From Candidatus Latescibacterota bacterium (GTDB taxonomy: Bacteria; Latescibacterota; UBA2968; UBA8231), in the NCBI GenBank assembly GCA_965261395.1, contig OZ253462.1, positions 1,024,001 to 1,088,000 of the forward strand: 64,000 nt of DNA, in the 5' to 3' direction. The notes below the pieces were generated by a model that was not told where the DNA came from, made no database searches, and saw nothing but the letters and a program-made list of their open reading frames with translations. The number at the start of each line of letters is the position of its first letter. Position 1 is the stretch's first letter. Positions 8,845 through 18,720 of this stretch are shown here, piece after piece. The translations under genes were made by a program, and so were the position numbers.

Positions 8845-9867
8845 CTACGATGGCGTCGGCGCGTCTTCCCGCAACAGTCCTTCCGTCTTTAGCTCGGCCC
8901 ACAGGTCCGTTGGTATTTCGTGCTGAAACCACTGTGCGTTGGTCTCGATGTGCGCCGGTGTCTGCGCCCCCGGGATAATCGCCGCGACGAGGGGGTTCCC
9001 AAGTGGGAACTGCATGGCGGCGGCGGGCAAGGGCACGTCGTGCCGCTGGCAGACGGCTTGGATGCGGCGGGTCTTTGCGAGGATCTCGGGCGAGGCGGTG
9101 TCATAGGCGTAGCGAGCACCTTCGACCGGGCCTGTGGCGAGGATGCCGGAAGCGAAGACCGCGCCGATGACGATGCGCACGTCGCGCTCTTCGCAGAGCG
9201 GGAACTCCTCGTCAAGGGACTCTTGGTCCAAGAGCGTATAGGGCATGGCGACGATACAGAAGTCCAGGTCCACTCCGTCGAGCAGGCGCGGCATGGCCCC
9301 CATGCGGTTGAGGCCCGCGCCGACGGCCTTGATCAGTCCCTGCGAGCGCAGCTTGTCGAGGGCGCGCCAGCCGCTGGTGATTAGGTGGTTGACGTGGGCG
9401 GAGAAGCGCTGTTCGCTGTCGTGGAAGAAGCTGTCGAGGTCGTGGATCAACAGCAGGTCGATGGAGTTGAGGCTCAGCCGCTGCAAGCTGTCTTCCCACG
9501 AGCGCATGATGCCGTCGTATCCGTAGTCGAAGCGGAAGTCGAAGGGCAGGCCGCCGACCCAGAAGCCCTTTTCGAAAGAATCGAGGTCGCGGGTGGCCGT
9601 GAGCACCCGGCCGACCTTGGTCGAAAGCACGAAGTCCTTGCGCTCCTGCTGGCGGAGAAAGTGGCCGAGGCGGTGCTCGCTCTTGCCATAGCCGTAGAAC
9701 GGGGCGGTGTCGTAGTAGCGGATGCCGGCGTTCCAGGCCGCTTGCAGGGTGTCTTGGGCTTGGGGTTCGCTGACAGGGTCGAAAAGCTCGCCCAAAGGAG
9801 CACCGCCAAAGCCGAGCGTGCTTAGCTCGACGCCGGTGCGCAGAGCGCGCGTGGGGATGGTGGACAT
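8845..9867 (-). CDS. Aldo/keto reductase (D-threo-aldose/pyridoxal dehydrogenase-like)
   Basis: LGFGGAPLG, YYDTAPFYGYGKSE, STKVGR, LLIHD. Confidence 0.85.
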   Translation of the reverse strand: MSTIPTRALRTGVELSTLGFGGAPLGELFDPVSEPQAQDTLQAAWNAGIRYYDTAPFYGYGKSEHRLGHFLRQQERKDFVLSTKVGRVLTATRDLDSFEKGFWVGGLPFDFRFDYGYDGIMRSWEDSLQRLSLNSIDLLLIHDLDSFFHDSEQRFSAHVNHLITSGWRALDKLRSQGLIKAVGAGLNRMGAMPRLLDGVDLDFCIVAMPYTLLDQESLDEEFPLCEERDVRIVIGAVFASGILATGPVEGARYAYDTASPEILAKTRRIQAVCQRHDVPLPAAAMQFPLGNPLVAAIIPGAQTPAHIETNAQWFQHEIPTDLWAELKTEGLLREDAPTPS

Positions 9868-9924
9868 GGGATGCTTCCTTTCGTTTGTAGGTTGCTCTAG
9901 AATTTGGTGCTAAAGTGAAGCAGC

Positions 9925-11106
9925 TCAGAAGTGGCCGTGATGCGATTCGGCTGGTGCTTGGTACTCCACCTTGAGGTGGGGCGTTTCGAGTCGCTTGTGG
10001 CCCTCCACTTTGGAAGTCAGGCAGCTTTCGAGCGCGCCGCTGACGATTAGGGTGCGCTCGGCGGGAAAGGGCGCTTGGCCGCTCTCGAACATTTCCCAGA
10101 TCTTGGCCACCAAACAGGCCGAATACGTGACGTTGGGCGTCGGCGGCAAGAAAAATTGGGTCGAGATGGGATCGTCTTCGCCCGCGAGCTTACAGGCGAA
10201 GCAGTAGTCGCGGATAGCGCCGTTGAGCATCAGGAGGGTCGTCTTGAGGCCGTCGTTGTGCTCGATGAAGTACGCGGCCGGCTCTTTGACGAGTCGGGGC
10301 AACTCGCCGTTGCCCAGCAGGTCTTGGGTGCGGCCGTCCTCGTCGGTTTTGCCGCAAGGGGAGTCGCTGCGCGAGAGGGCAGAGTCGAGCAGTTCCAGCG
10401 AATAGCGTCCCTCCTCGCCCGCTTTCCACACGTCGTCTCCTTCGATCAATTGGACGGATTTGACGCCGGTCTCGCCGCCTGAGCGGCGCTCGATCATGCA
10501 CTGCATGGCCTCTAGCGCGTGGTAATCCATCGGGTCGGAGCCGCCGACGCCGACCATCAGCGCCTCTTCGATCTGGCAGCCCAAGGGCAGCTCGACATCG
10601 GGCAGACGCCAAGTGACCGGCAGCGAGGAACCGGCCAGGATCGGGAAGCCGAGCCGGTGGCCGTCGGCGACCATTTCTTGCGCCTTGTCGAAGCTGTAGG
10701 AGAGGTGCTTGTCGTTGTAGATGGGCGCGGCGCGGCCGTCTGCTTCAAAGACCTTGACGCATTCTTTGAAGAACTCGTAGCGCGGGTAGAGCTTTTGCCC
10801 CTTTTCGTTGTTGGGGTACTCGCCGTGCTCACCGATGATCAGGACGGCGTCGCAAGCTAGCTCGTCGCCGCCGCAGCGCAGGGCCTCGGCGATGGTGGGG
10901 TACACGGCAAAGCCGAATTCGCGCGCCCGGTCTTGGCTCTGGTCTCCTTCGGGCTGCTGATCAACGTAGAGCGAGACGATTTTGCAGTCGGGACGGTGCC
11001 AGCGCCCGCCGTAGGGATAGCCGACTAAGAAGCGGTCGGCAAAGTGCTGGGCGTGCGAGAGGTAGCGATAGATGGTAGCGATGACGGCGATGCGTTTGGT
11101 AGCCAT
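9925..11106 (-). CDS. Uncharacterised protein, distantly Gfo/Idh/MocA oxidoreductase-like
   Basis: Long ORF; DAVLIIGEHG, YNDKHLS, AGSSLP, DYHALE; paralog of 11184..12377. Confidence 0.65.
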   Translation of the reverse strand: MATKRIAVIATIYRYLSHAQHFADRFLVGYPYGGRWHRPDCKIVSLYVDQQPEGDQSQDRAREFGFAVYPTIAEALRCGGDELACDAVLIIGEHGEYPNNEKGQKLYPRYEFFKECVKVFEADGRAAPIYNDKHLSYSFDKAQEMVADGHRLGFPILAGSSLPVTWRLPDVELPLGCQIEEALMVGVGGSDPMDYHALEAMQCMIERRSGGETGVKSVQLIEGDDVWKAGEEGRYSLELLDSALSRSDSPCGKTDEDGRTQDLLGNGELPRLVKEPAAYFIEHNDGLKTTLLMLNGAIRDYCFACKLAGEDDPISTQFFLPPTPNVTYSACLVAKIWEMFESGQAPFPAERTLIVSGALESCLTSKVEGHKRLETPHLKVEYQAPAESHHGHF

Positions 11107-11183
11107 GGGCGACGAATGCTCCGGGGAAAGAGGCGAGGGGGTTCGGTGGTTGCTGCCCTTACGAGAAATGCGGATGGGGCATC

Positions 11184-12377
11184 CTAAGTTCTCCAGAAAG
11201 TGGATTCTTCGGTGGCCTGGTAGGCGATGTTTAGATGGGGCGTCTCGACTTGGGTCTGGTCTTGTTGGAGGCTATCGACGCCGGCGATGACCAAGCCCGA
11301 AGTGAGCAGGGTGCGTTCAACCGGATAGGTGGCTTTGCCGGTCAGGAACATCTGCTCGATGTTGTTGGCCTGCGGGCTGAAGAAATTGGCCAGCGTGGTG
11401 CGGGCCGGGGGCATGGGCAAGTACATCTGAGTCGAGAGCGGCTCGTCCCGTCCCTTGAGCCGAGCGGCGAAGTTGAAGTCTTGGACTAGCCCGTTCGTCA
11501 GAATCATGGTCGAGAGGAGGCCGTCGGCGTGCTCGTACTGGTAGGCGATGGGGCTTTCGACTAGGTGCTTGAGTTCGTCGATGGTGGGGAAAGGATTGTT
11601 GAACCCAGGTCTTGCCGGAGTGAGCGTGTGGCTGCGGCAGAGGCAGGCTTCAAAGAGCGCAGGCGACCACACACCCTCGGCGTGCGCTTGCCAGAAGGCA
11701 TCGTCGCGGTAGGCCCGGAGCCATTTGACGCCCGTTTCGCCGCCCTTTCTGCGCTCGACCATGCATTGCAAAGTCTCCAGCCCGTGGAAGTCGTAGCTAT
11801 CGACGCCGCCATAGCAGACGCAGACAGCTTCTTCGACCTCAGCACCGAGGGGCATGTCGAGCGAAGGGGTGCGCCAAGTGACGGGCAACGAAGAGCCGGC
11901 CATAAAGGCGAAGTCGAGTTCGCGCGAAATATCGTACATCTCTTGGCACCAGTCCCAGTTCCAAGAAAGATGCTTGTCGTTGAATACGGGCGCACTCTTG
12001 CCGGCAGTGCGATAGACCGAGGCGATCTGTTTGAAAAGCTCGTAGCGCGGGTAGAGGTGCTGGCCCTTTTCGTTGTGGCCGTAGCTACCGTGCTCGGCGA
12101 TGAGTAGGACGCCATCGACGGCCAAATCGGCCCCGCCCAGCGTCAGGGCGTCGGCAACGGTGGGGTAGATCGCCATGTGGGGAAAGCGGGTCGCTCGATC
12201 TTGGCTCAGATCGCCTTCGGGACGCTGATCCACGTACAGCGAGACCAGATCCATGGGCGGGTGGTGGTGCCGGCTGTTCCAGCCGTAGCCTTCGAGGAAG
12301 CGGTCGCAGATGTGCTGGGCGTGGGAGTACTTGCGGTACTCGGTGACGATGCCGGCGATTTTGGGGCGGTCGGCCAT
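11184..12377 (-). CDS. Uncharacterised protein, paralog of 9925..11106
   Basis: DGVLLIAEHG, FNDKHLS, AGSSLP, DFHGLE. Confidence 0.65.
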   Translation of the reverse strand: MADRPKIAGIVTEYRKYSHAQHICDRFLEGYGWNSRHHHPPMDLVSLYVDQRPEGDLSQDRATRFPHMAIYPTVADALTLGGADLAVDGVLLIAEHGSYGHNEKGQHLYPRYELFKQIASVYRTAGKSAPVFNDKHLSWNWDWCQEMYDISRELDFAFMAGSSLPVTWRTPSLDMPLGAEVEEAVCVCYGGVDSYDFHGLETLQCMVERRKGGETGVKWLRAYRDDAFWQAHAEGVWSPALFEACLCRSHTLTPARPGFNNPFPTIDELKHLVESPIAYQYEHADGLLSTMILTNGLVQDFNFAARLKGRDEPLSTQMYLPMPPARTTLANFFSPQANNIEQMFLTGKATYPVERTLLTSGLVIAGVDSLQQDQTQVETPHLNIAYQATEESTFWRT

Positions 12378-12522
12378 GATGTTAGTCCCTCGATAGGGGG
12401 CGGTATTAGCGGTTTTGGAGAGGGAAGGTAGGAGAAGGGAGTTGGGGGGGCAAGCTCAACTCAATGCCCACCCTGACCGTATCGTATATTGTCATGCACT
12501 TACCCAAAACCAAGAGGCAACC

Positions 12523-13770
12523 ATGCAGACGATCACTGTATCGCGCAATGACGAGATCTACGAGGCCTTCGCCGATGTGGCCCAAGCGGCCGACGGTACC
12601 CTAGTATGCACCTACCGCGAGAGCATGGGACACAGTTCGCGCCCTTTTTCTCGCATAATCGTACGCCGCAGCTTCGACCGGGGGCTGACTTGGGGCCCGC
12701 GCCAAGTGGTGGTGGAGCGCACCGAGGAGGAAACCGCCCAAGGGCTGGGACGGCTCAACTGCTCGCGCATCGCCGCCTGCCGCGACGGGACTTTGTTGCT
12801 CGTCGTTGACTTACTGCTCAAGGATACCTTTGCAGAATACCTAGACCCAGGCATCTGCATGAACCTCTTGTTGCGCAGCCACGACAACGGGGCCACTTGG
12901 GAGGGGCCGGAAGAGACCGGCATGACCGAGGGCATCGTCCCCTCCATCAAGGAACTGTCCAACGGCGACCTGATCGTCGGCCTCACCGAACAGTGGCCCG
13001 GCCAGCGGGGGACCGAGGATTTTATCGAGGTGCAGACGTGCTACCTGTCCACCGACCAAGGCCGGACTTGGGAAGGCCCTTTCAAGGTGCCCAACCCCGA
13101 AGGTTCGTCCTGCACCGGGCTGCCTTGGCGTCTAAACGAGGGGGATTTCGCCGAAATGGACGATGGCTCCTTGGTGCTCTACATGCGCGAGGACGGCGAG
13201 GGCCTGAGCGGCTGGAAGAGCTTTTCCAGCGACGGCGGCCGGACGTGGTCAACGCCGGTCCGCACCCACATGATGCGCTGTCTGGGTCGCCCCTCGGTGG
13301 GTCGCCTGCGCTCGGGGGAGGTGGCCATTACCTACCGAGTCGCCTGCGGTCTTTCTACTTCCCTGGGGCTCTACGTGGAGACCGCGGCGGAGGCCCTGCG
13401 CGGCTTACCCGCCCGAGCGGGTGCTTCAGCCGACCCGGAGCAATATCAGGGAGGAACCGAGGCCCGTTTCGCCTTTCTGGACAACGACCGCGCCCTGTCG
13501 GCCGACAGCGGCTATTCGGGCTGGGTGCAACTACCCGACGGGACGCTCTACGTAGTCAATTACATCACCGACGACGCGCCCCGTGCCCACATTCGCGGCT
13601 ATGTAGTGGGCCGCGAGGCTTGGTATCTCTTTCCCGAGGGAGCGATCCACTCCAATACTCCCTTGTCGAACAATCCCCACTACTACGACAAGGCCCAGCA
13701 AATGGCTCTTGAACAGCGACGCTGGGTTGACGAGCAAGATTGGTCGCGCCGCGTGCCGACGCAGAAATAG
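12523..13770 (+). CDS. BNR/Asp-box sialidase-family glycoside hydrolase
   Basis: Four Asp-boxes (SFDRGLTW, SHDNGATW, STDQGRTW, SSDGGRTW); DSGYSG; start taken at ATG 12523 after GAGG. Confidence 0.8.
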   Translation: MQTITVSRNDEIYEAFADVAQAADGTLVCTYRESMGHSSRPFSRIIVRRSFDRGLTWGPRQVVVERTEEETAQGLGRLNCSRIAACRDGTLLLVVDLLLKDTFAEYLDPGICMNLLLRSHDNGATWEGPEETGMTEGIVPSIKELSNGDLIVGLTEQWPGQRGTEDFIEVQTCYLSTDQGRTWEGPFKVPNPEGSSCTGLPWRLNEGDFAEMDDGSLVLYMREDGEGLSGWKSFSSDGGRTWSTPVRTHMMRCLGRPSVGRLRSGEVAITYRVACGLSTSLGLYVETAAEALRGLPARAGASADPEQYQGGTEARFAFLDNDRALSADSGYSGWVQLPDGTLYVVNYITDDAPRAHIRGYVVGREAWYLFPEGAIHSNTPLSNNPHYYDKAQQMALEQRRWVDEQDWSRRVPTQK

Positions 13771-13776
13771 ACTCTA

Positions 13777-14745
13777 TCAGACCCGTTCGAGTGCGGTCAG
13801 ATCAAACGGGTTGGACCACGCCTTGTGGCCGCGGTCGTCAACGATCTCGAAGCGCACCCAGCGGGCGTTGGCCCGGAGCGCGAAGGTCGCGGTCTCAAAG
13901 AGGGCACCGTGCTGATGGTACTCAGTGCCGAAAGAATCGGACACCGCGGCGATGCGCTGCGCCGGCGAGCAAGACACCGTGGCTTCGACCTGGGTGCGCT
14001 CGTCGCCTTCGCGGTCGGTGCGGCGGAGCTGGATGTCGTGGATTGCGGGCCCGGTGCTGCCGTACGATGCGCCCGCGACTAGGGCGGCAACGATCGCGTC
14101 GGCGGTGCGCTCTTTGACGCGGACCCAGGTCCAGCCTTGGTAGGTGTCGCGCTGGTCGGCTTCGAGGGCGTGCGAATCGTCGTTGGCCAGCGCGGGGTAG
14201 AGGCGATTCTCTAGATCCATCCAGTCGTCCCAATGCACGCTCGACTCGCCGCGTCCGGCGCAGCGGCAGGTGGTGTTGAAGACTTCGATGCCGGCGAACC
14301 CGGTGAGTGGCACCGCGTCGCGCAGGATATTGACCGAACTCCAGTGGGGATGGGCCAGCCAGACAGCGCCGCCTTGGCGTCGGACCTCGTCGATGACGTG
14401 CTGGGGGGGCATCTTATCCGCATTCATGTTTTCGTGGATATTGATACAGACGAAGTGGTGCCGCTCGCCGCCGAAGGGGTTGTCCGGGTGCAGTTCGGCC
14501 CCCTGGATGAGCACGAAGTCGCTCGGGGCCTGCACAGAATCGATAAAGGTGATTTTGTGGTGGTCGGACAGGCAGAGGAAGTCGTAGCCTTGGCCGACAT
14601 AGCCGTCGAGTCGCTCTTGCGGCGCGGCTCTGCCGTCGGAATTGGTCGTGTGCGAGTGGAGATTGCCCTTGAGCCAGGTGTAGCCGTCGTCCGTGCTGAG
14701 GGCAAATGGGTTGGTCAGTGCGCCTTTAGGTGCGATATCCGACAT
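13777..14745 (-). CDS. PHP-domain metallohydrolase (CehA/McbA-like)
   Basis: KGNLHSHTTNSDG, SDH, AHP, IEVFN, DDSH. Confidence 0.8.
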   Translation of the reverse strand: MSDIAPKGALTNPFALSTDDGYTWLKGNLHSHTTNSDGRAAPQERLDGYVGQGYDFLCLSDHHKITFIDSVQAPSDFVLIQGAELHPDNPFGGERHHFVCINIHENMNADKMPPQHVIDEVRRQGGAVWLAHPHWSSVNILRDAVPLTGFAGIEVFNTTCRCAGRGESSVHWDDWMDLENRLYPALANDDSHALEADQRDTYQGWTWVRVKERTADAIVAALVAGASYGSTGPAIHDIQLRRTDREGDERTQVEATVSCSPAQRIAAVSDSFGTEYHQHGALFETATFALRANARWVRFEIVDDRGHKAWSNPFDLTALERV

Positions 14746-14917
14746 TTTGGTCCTTTCTCTGGGAGGGGAGTTTGCGTGGGTTGTCAGCGTTGGACGGCAT
14801 AGTATAGAGCGGCCATCTTAGGGAAGCAACAGGGCTTATGCGTCCTGCGTCTTATCTATGGTGGTTTTGTAACCAGAACGTCATAGATCGTACTCTCTCC
14901 TGTAATATTGCAGGTCT

Positions 14918-15814
14918 CTACGTTTTAGATCGTCGCCCCAATCCCACCTGCGAGATCAGCATCCCCGCAAACATCAGCCCACACCCGACCAGCCCGCGCA
15001 AAGGCATCCCTTCGTTTAGCAAAAGCCACCCCCCCAACGCGGCGAAGACCGTCTCCAGACTGAGGATGATGGCCGCGTGGCCGGGGGCCGCCCGCCGCTG
15101 AGCCACCACCTGCAAGGTATAGGCCACGCCCACCGACAGCATACCCCCGTACAACACGGGTAAGGCCGCATCGACAAGCGGTTGCAGAGCGATGTGCTCG
15201 GTGCCGAGGGCGACGGCCGTGCTGAGAAGCGAGCAGACGAGGAATTGCAAAAAAGCCAGCATCGCCCAATCGAGCTGACGCGAGAGGCTCCCGATGACCA
15301 GCACGTGCCCGGCCCAAAAGAACGCACTCACGAGCACGAGCCCGTCGCCGCGAGCAATGGCCAGTGGCGGCTCTACGCTCAGCAGATACAGGCCGGCGGT
15401 CGCCACCAGCGCGCCGGCCCAAGTGCTGCGGCGACTGCGATGCCGTAGCAACAAGGCGAGAATCGGCACCAGAATTACATATAGTCCGGTGATGAACCCG
15501 GCCTTGCCGGCCGTAGTGTGGACGATGCCGACCTGTTGCAGGGATGCGGCGGTAAAGAGGAAAAGCCCGGCGAGCAGGCCGCCTGGGAGAGCGTGGTGGA
15601 GGCGGCCTGCGAGTGGTGTGGCGGTGGTTCGCAGGACAAACGGCAAAAGCGGCAAGCAGCCGAGGGCGAAGCGCACGCCATTGAAGAAGAAGGGCCCGAC
15701 GTGCTCCATGCCGACGCGCTGGGCGACGAAGGCGAAGCCCCAGATCAGGGCCGTGAGCAGGAGCAGGAGATCGCTGCGAATTGGGGCGGGACGCGCCGCC
15801 GTGCCAGTGCTCAT
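14918..15814 (-). CDS. EamA/DMT family transporter
   Basis: About 10 hydrophobic segments; IWGFAFVAQ, AGKAGFITGLY, LETVFA; start ATG 15814. Confidence 0.88.
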   Translation of the reverse strand: MSTGTAARPAPIRSDLLLLLTALIWGFAFVAQRVGMEHVGPFFFNGVRFALGCLPLLPFVLRTTATPLAGRLHHALPGGLLAGLFLFTAASLQQVGIVHTTAGKAGFITGLYVILVPILALLLRHRSRRSTWAGALVATAGLYLLSVEPPLAIARGDGLVLVSAFFWAGHVLVIGSLSRQLDWAMLAFLQFLVCSLLSTAVALGTEHIALQPLVDAALPVLYGGMLSVGVAYTLQVVAQRRAAPGHAAIILSLETVFAALGGWLLLNEGMPLRGLVGCGLMFAGMLISQVGLGRRSKT

Positions 15815-15815
15815 A

Positions 15816-16826
15816 TCAGCGCCTGACGGGCAGTGGTCGGCCCGAGTGTTTTTGAACCAGTGCAAAGACCACGAGGTTGGTGCCGAACTGTAAGCTGCGG
15901 TTGCGGCCTTCGGCGTTGAGGTTGCCCCAGAACCAGCTAATGTTGAGATCGCTGAAGATAACTGCGGTCCGGCCTCTGATCTCGATAGCCTCTAAGGCTG
16001 AGACGTTGCCTTGGCGGATGCCGCTTAGGGGCGGGCCATCGGAGAAGTCGAAATAGGCCGAGTACAGGGGGTCGTTCTTGGGCAGTTTGCGCCAACGCCC
16101 CCCGTCGCTGCCGAGGACTTGCGGGTCTTTGAGCAGGGCCTTGAACTGCTGGTCGAAGGCGGTACCGGCTATGCCGGCACCACCCCGACTGCGGCGGAGA
16201 TTCGCTCCGAGAGGCAGGATGTCCTCGGCGAAGAGCAGGCCGCCGTTTTGCAGGTATTGAGCGAGGTTTTTCTTTTCTGGCTGAGTTATGCGCATCTCCC
16301 CGTCGCAGCCGGTCATATAGAGCATCAGCGCGTCCATGATGCTCCGGTCGTGTAGGGTGAGGTTGCGCCAGTTTAGCGACACTTCGAGATCGGTCTCCGC
16401 GCGGGTGAAACGCACCAGTTCCTCAAGAGCCGACGAAAGGTAATCTCGATCCTTGACGGCATCGTTGTACTCTACTTGGACGATAGTCGAGGTACTACCG
16501 GGAGTCGGCGTCGAGCGTTGGCGCTCGGGCTCGGGGACTGTCAAGGGAGGGCGCTCGTCTTGGGCTAGAGCTGGGGTAGCGAGCAGTAGTATAAGAAGGT
16601 GACTTGTGCTCGGTCGGCGGGCGCGGCGGTGGGATGCGAGCGGCGCGGCGGCGGTTCGCAGGACAAAAGGCAAAAGCGGCAAGCAGCCGAGGGCGAAGCG
16701 CACGCCATTGAAGAAAAAGGGGCCGACGCGCTGGGCGACGAAGACGAAACCCCAGATCAGGGCCGTGAGCAGGAGTAGGAGGTCGCTGCGAACTTGGGCG
16801 GGACGCGCCGTCGTGCCAGCGCTCAT
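15816..16826 (-). CDS. DUF4159-family protein fused in frame behind a duplicated EamA N-terminal fragment
   Basis: First ~60 aa copy the EamA N-terminus; the rest matches 16828..17646 (LYMTG, YLxxGGLLFAED, QFGTN). Confidence 0.75.
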   Translation of the reverse strand: MSAGTTARPAQVRSDLLLLLTALIWGFVFVAQRVGPFFFNGVRFALGCLPLLPFVLRTAAAPLASHRRARRPSTSHLLILLLATPALAQDERPPLTVPEPERQRSTPTPGSTSTIVQVEYNDAVKDRDYLSSALEELVRFTRAETDLEVSLNWRNLTLHDRSIMDALMLYMTGCDGEMRITQPEKKNLAQYLQNGGLLFAEDILPLGANLRRSRGGAGIAGTAFDQQFKALLKDPQVLGSDGGRWRKLPKNDPLYSAYFDFSDGPPLSGIRQGNVSALEAIEIRGRTAVIFSDLNISWFWGNLNAEGRNRSLQFGTNLVVFALVQKHSGRPLPVRR

Positions 16827-16827
16827 C

Positions 16828-17646
16828 TCAGCGCCTGAAGGGCAGTGGCCGGCCCGCGTATTTTTGTGCCAGCGCGCAGATCAAGAGGTTGGTGCCGAAC
16901 TGTAAGCTGCGGTCGCGGCCATCGGCGTTGAGATTGCCCCAGAACCAGCTAATGTTGAGGTCGCTGAAGATAACGGCGATCCGGCCCTTGAGTTCTATGG
17001 CTTCCAAGGCGAAGACGTTGCCCCGGTTCGTGCCGCTTAAGGGCGGCCCATCGAAGAAGTCGAAATAGGCCGAGTACAGGGGATCGCTCTTGGGCAGTTT
17101 GCGCCAGTGCCCTCCCTTACTGCCGAGGACCTGTGGGTCTTTGAGCAGGGCCTTGAACTGCCGGTCGAAGGGGGTGCCAGCTACGCCGGCGGACCCGCGT
17201 AAGTTCGCCTCTAGGGGCAAGATATCCTCGGCAAAGAGCAGGCCGCCGCTGCGCAGGTAGTGGGCGAGGCCTTGCTTTTCGCGCTCGTCTATGTGCATGG
17301 AGCAGTCGAAGCCGGTCATGTAGAGCATCAGCGCGTCTGCGATGCGCGGGTCGTCGAGGGTGAGGACGCGCGAGTGCAGCGGCACTTCGAGTTGGGTCGA
17401 TGTGCGGGTGAAGCTCACCAGTTCCTGCGCGGCCAGCGAGAGGTAGTCGCGCTCCTTGATCGCGTATTTGTAGCTCACTTGGACGACGGTCAAGGGGTTG
17501 CCCGATGCCGGCGTCGCAAGCCGGCGTTCGGGTTGGGGGATTGATATGGGGGGCCGCTCGTCTTGGGCTAGAGCCGGGGTGAGGAGCAGTACTATAAGAA
17601 GGAGACTTGCTCTCGGCCGGCGGATTCGGTGTTGGACGGTGGCCAT
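16828..17646 (-). CDS. DUF4159-family exported protein
   Basis: Signal peptide ending ALA-QD; LYMTG, YLRSGGLLFAED, GRIAVIFS, FGTN. Confidence 0.75.
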   Translation of the reverse strand: MATVQHRIRRPRASLLLIVLLLTPALAQDERPPISIPQPERRLATPASGNPLTVVQVSYKYAIKERDYLSLAAQELVSFTRTSTQLEVPLHSRVLTLDDPRIADALMLYMTGFDCSMHIDEREKQGLAHYLRSGGLLFAEDILPLEANLRGSAGVAGTPFDRQFKALLKDPQVLGSKGGHWRKLPKSDPLYSAYFDFFDGPPLSGTNRGNVFALEAIELKGRIAVIFSDLNISWFWGNLNADGRDRSLQFGTNLLICALAQKYAGRPLPFRR

Positions 17647-17678
17647 GTTATATCCCAAGGTCGCGCCGTGGCGACAGA

Positions 17679-18659
17679 TCACGCGCTGAGCTTGTTGACC
17701 ACTTGGATGAGGGCCTGCATAAAGCCCACGCAATGGGCGCGCCCCCTGTGCCCCCAAGGCGAGTCATCGACAACATGGGGCACGTGATCGGTGATCATGA
17801 AGCCGTCGAAACCGACCGCCTTGAGCGTCTTGACGACTTCGAAGGTATCGACTTGACCGCAGTCGATGAAGGTCTCGTGGAAGTCCTCCACCGGCCCAAT
17901 GACATCGCGGAAGTGGATGTAGATAATTTTCTTTTGGCCACCGAAGTGGCGGACGGCGCGGATGACGTTGTCGTGGCCGCCCATCTCCGACCAGCACCCC
18001 ATGCAGAAGTTGAGGCCGTGGTGCGGACTGTCGAAGGTGTCCATGTTGCGTTTGAAGTCGTCGAAAGAACTGCATATCCGCGCTATGCCGCCCAAGGTGG
18101 TGCCGGTGGGCGGGTCGTCCGGGTGTAGGGCCAAACGGACATTGGCTTCTTCGGCTACGGGCAGGATCCGCTCCAAATACCAGCAGTAGTTTTCCCACAT
18201 CTCCTCGTGGGTGAAGACGCGGCCGTGGGTCAATTCTTCGGGGTCGTGTTCGGCGAGGGCAAAGCGAGTGGCGCGAGCGCCGCCGCGCAAGGTCGCTGGC
18301 TCGGGCGTGCGCCAGACGCTGTTGGGGATCCAGTGGTAGCCTAGGATCGGGATGCCGGCCTTGCCCATATTGCGCACGGTGTTGATCATGTGCTGGAGCT
18401 GGTCTTCGCGGCCGTTTTGGCCGAGCATGATCTTGTCGTAAAACGATGTAGGCACGTTTTCCAGCGCCATCAGACGCAGTTCGGCGTCGTCGGCCCGCTT
18501 TTTGAGGGCGGCCAAGTCGTCGTATTCCCATTGCTTGTCGCCAGGAAGCCTAGGGGTGTTCATCAGGAAATCGTCGCAACCCATCTGCTTGATAAAAGCG
18601 AGCTTCTCGTCGGTAAGTTCGTTGAACTGGCCTAGACCCACGCGCATTTGCAGGGACAT
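17679..18659 (-). CDS. uxuA: Mannonate dehydratase family protein
   Basis: LALHPDDPP, CMGCWSEM, IHFRDV, FHETFID, DHVP. Confidence 0.8.
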   Translation of the reverse strand: MSLQMRVGLGQFNELTDEKLAFIKQMGCDDFLMNTPRLPGDKQWEYDDLAALKKRADDAELRLMALENVPTSFYDKIMLGQNGREDQLQHMINTVRNMGKAGIPILGYHWIPNSVWRTPEPATLRGGARATRFALAEHDPEELTHGRVFTHEEMWENYCWYLERILPVAEEANVRLALHPDDPPTGTTLGGIARICSSFDDFKRNMDTFDSPHHGLNFCMGCWSEMGGHDNVIRAVRHFGGQKKIIYIHFRDVIGPVEDFHETFIDCGQVDTFEVVKTLKAVGFDGFMITDHVPHVVDDSPWGHRGRAHCVGFMQALIQVVNKLSA

Positions 18660-18720
18660 AAGTAGCCTCCAAAAGTGAGGGATTGAAGAGCAGGGAATTT
18701 GCCGAAGCCGCCGGAGCGGG

